From NCBI GenBank assembly GCA_002633005.1, contig NMRA01000053.1, positions 832,711 to 896,710 of the forward strand: DNA of 64,000 nt, given 5' to 3'. The DNA is from Phoronis australis. Taxonomy: Eukaryota; Animalia; Phoronida. This document shows, piece by piece, positions 62,445 through 64,000 of this stretch; position 1 is the stretch's first letter, and each line of letters opens with the position of its first letter. The position numbers and the translations under genes are program-made. The notes below the pieces were generated by a model. That model had not been told where the DNA came from, did no database searches, and worked only from the letters and a program-made list of their open reading frames with translations.

Positions 62445-64000
62445 ATGTTTATATGTGGACGCATTATGCCGTCAGGCGTCCGCTGCTCTATCTCCAAAAC
62501 CCTTTGACATATGTTCAAGAAATTTTGCACATATGTTCCTATCATGGATGGGACGGCATGAGCGAATTTTCGGACAGATCTAACTACCGGTGTGCCCCCT
62601 ATTGCAAGGCTTGGAATTTTCCGCGGAAACGTGGATTTCCGCTTTTTTCAAATGTTCTGTCCGCGGATTTGATATAAAATTTCCGCGGCAAATTTCTTTC
62701 TTACCTCCACGTTGCCGACGACTTTCTCCTCGAAAAGCGGAAGTAGCTCTTTATGTCTTTTTGTTTCGGAGGAACGTAAATTGTCAACATTGCCGGGGCA
62801 TCTGGGATAGCGTGGTGGATTTCCTCAATGGTGGCTCGTGTGATTGTAAACCGCGGTGTGACAAATACTACGACTCTGCAGCCAAAAATGTTTGGAGGTG
62901 GGAGTGGCGGACGAGCTAAGACAGAAGCAGACGCACGCTTCCGCAGGTGGTACCGTTTCTTCTTTTTTTTAGTCCTCTCGATTTTTGTCGGCAAAAGGTC
63001 CACACCGACTTTTTCAAGGCTGGCTGCGCGCATGTTTCGGGCCGTAAAAATTTCCGCGTTTTTCGCCATTGGTCATTCCAAGCCCTGTTTCATGAAATTT
63101 GAAATATAGGCACCTATTAGTGGGATGAAGCTATCCTCCCATTTTTACTGTTTTTTACGTCCACCCCTCTATCAACCAAAGGTTGATTGTGAAAATGGAC
63201 ATTTATGTTCTTACTACGAAGCTGACGATGATTTATCAATGACTTCAACTACGGTGGCGCCTCCTAGTGGCAGTTATGTTTTTTGTGCCCATGGCTGTAT
63301 CTCCTAAACCGCATCTTTGCTAAATTTAGCAAGTGTATTTATATGATGTTAACAACGGATGACAACTTTGACTACCAGTGTGCCCCCTAGTGGCAGTTTT
63401 CATTTTTTAGCCTGTATCTTGAAAGGCCCTCAACGGATTATCAGAAAGTTTGGAATATAGGCATTTATTAGTGAGATGATGCCATCCTCTTGCTTTCAGA
63501 TGGAATCGAGGAACTTTTGCGCCACCTAGTGGCCATTTTTCCTGTTTTTGAGTCTTGTTCTTTGGTGTCCACCCCTCTATGAAGAGGACAGTTGACAATA
63601 ACGCATTCGACTACTGTAGCGTCTCCCAGTGGTAGTTTTGTTGTGCACCCTTAGCTGCATCTCCTGAACTCGCTGCAGGATCTTTATTAAATTTAGTAAT
63701 TATGAAGCTAACAACAGATGGCTTCGTCTTTCAGGCGGATCCAATGAAGGCTGTGTCCCAAAGTGGCAATTTCATTATGTTTTTGTTTTCCTTTGGTTCT
63801 CTGAAGTTCCTTGACAGACTTTTATGAAATTTGGTAAATAGCTCTCTATTAAAGAAGCGATGGCATGTACCCATTTTCAGATGGATTGGATGTTTTTTCT
63901 CCCTCTCTTGGCTATTTTTATGAAACAAATAAACAATCCTAGAAGCACTCAGTTTGCAGTGCATTCGTGGGCACATTTCAACACTCCGCGTTGCTCTTGT
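62445..64000 (+). mobile_element. Second HINE copy, interrupted by a hAT-like MITE (62605-63087)
   Basis: Repeats ATATGTGGACGCATTATGCCGTC...CTCCAAAACCCTTTGACAT and ends GTGGGCACATTTCAACACTCCGCGTTGCTCTTGT like copy 1; nested CAAGGCTTGGAAT...ATTCCAAGCCCTG. Confidence 0.7.

Overview
AT-rich, intron-rich animal genomic DNA; the repeat families suggest a lophotrochozoan such as a brachiopod or mollusc (inference). There are two assembly gaps (34243-34695, 42759-43418). Five spliced genes were reconstructed by hand from GT-AG boundaries and protein-family recognition: ANKIB1 (-, first coding exon only), TYW5 (+, 6 exons, 313 aa), OLA1 (-, 11 coding exons, 399 aa), an HP1/CBX chromobox gene (-, 5 coding exons, 186 aa) and an hnRNP A/B-family gene (+, first two coding exons) head-to-head with HP1. 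Introns hold many nested non-autonomous transposons. Highlights: (1) a three-LTR miniature retrotransposon whose LTRs each carry a tRNA-like Pol III module, nested in an 8-bp-TSD MITE in TYW5 intron 1; (2) an OLA1 splice donor amplified into a 26-bp tandem array, and an OLA1 acceptor inside a palindrome-rich 34-bp minisatellite; (3) an invertebrate HP1-hnRNPA divergent pair like vertebrate CBX3-HNRNPA2B1 and CBX5-HNRNPA1, within a block whose human homologues lie on Hox-bearing chromosomes; (4) Helentron-associated repeats carrying arrays of CTCF-like motifs. No database searches were run, and all coordinates were counted by hand.
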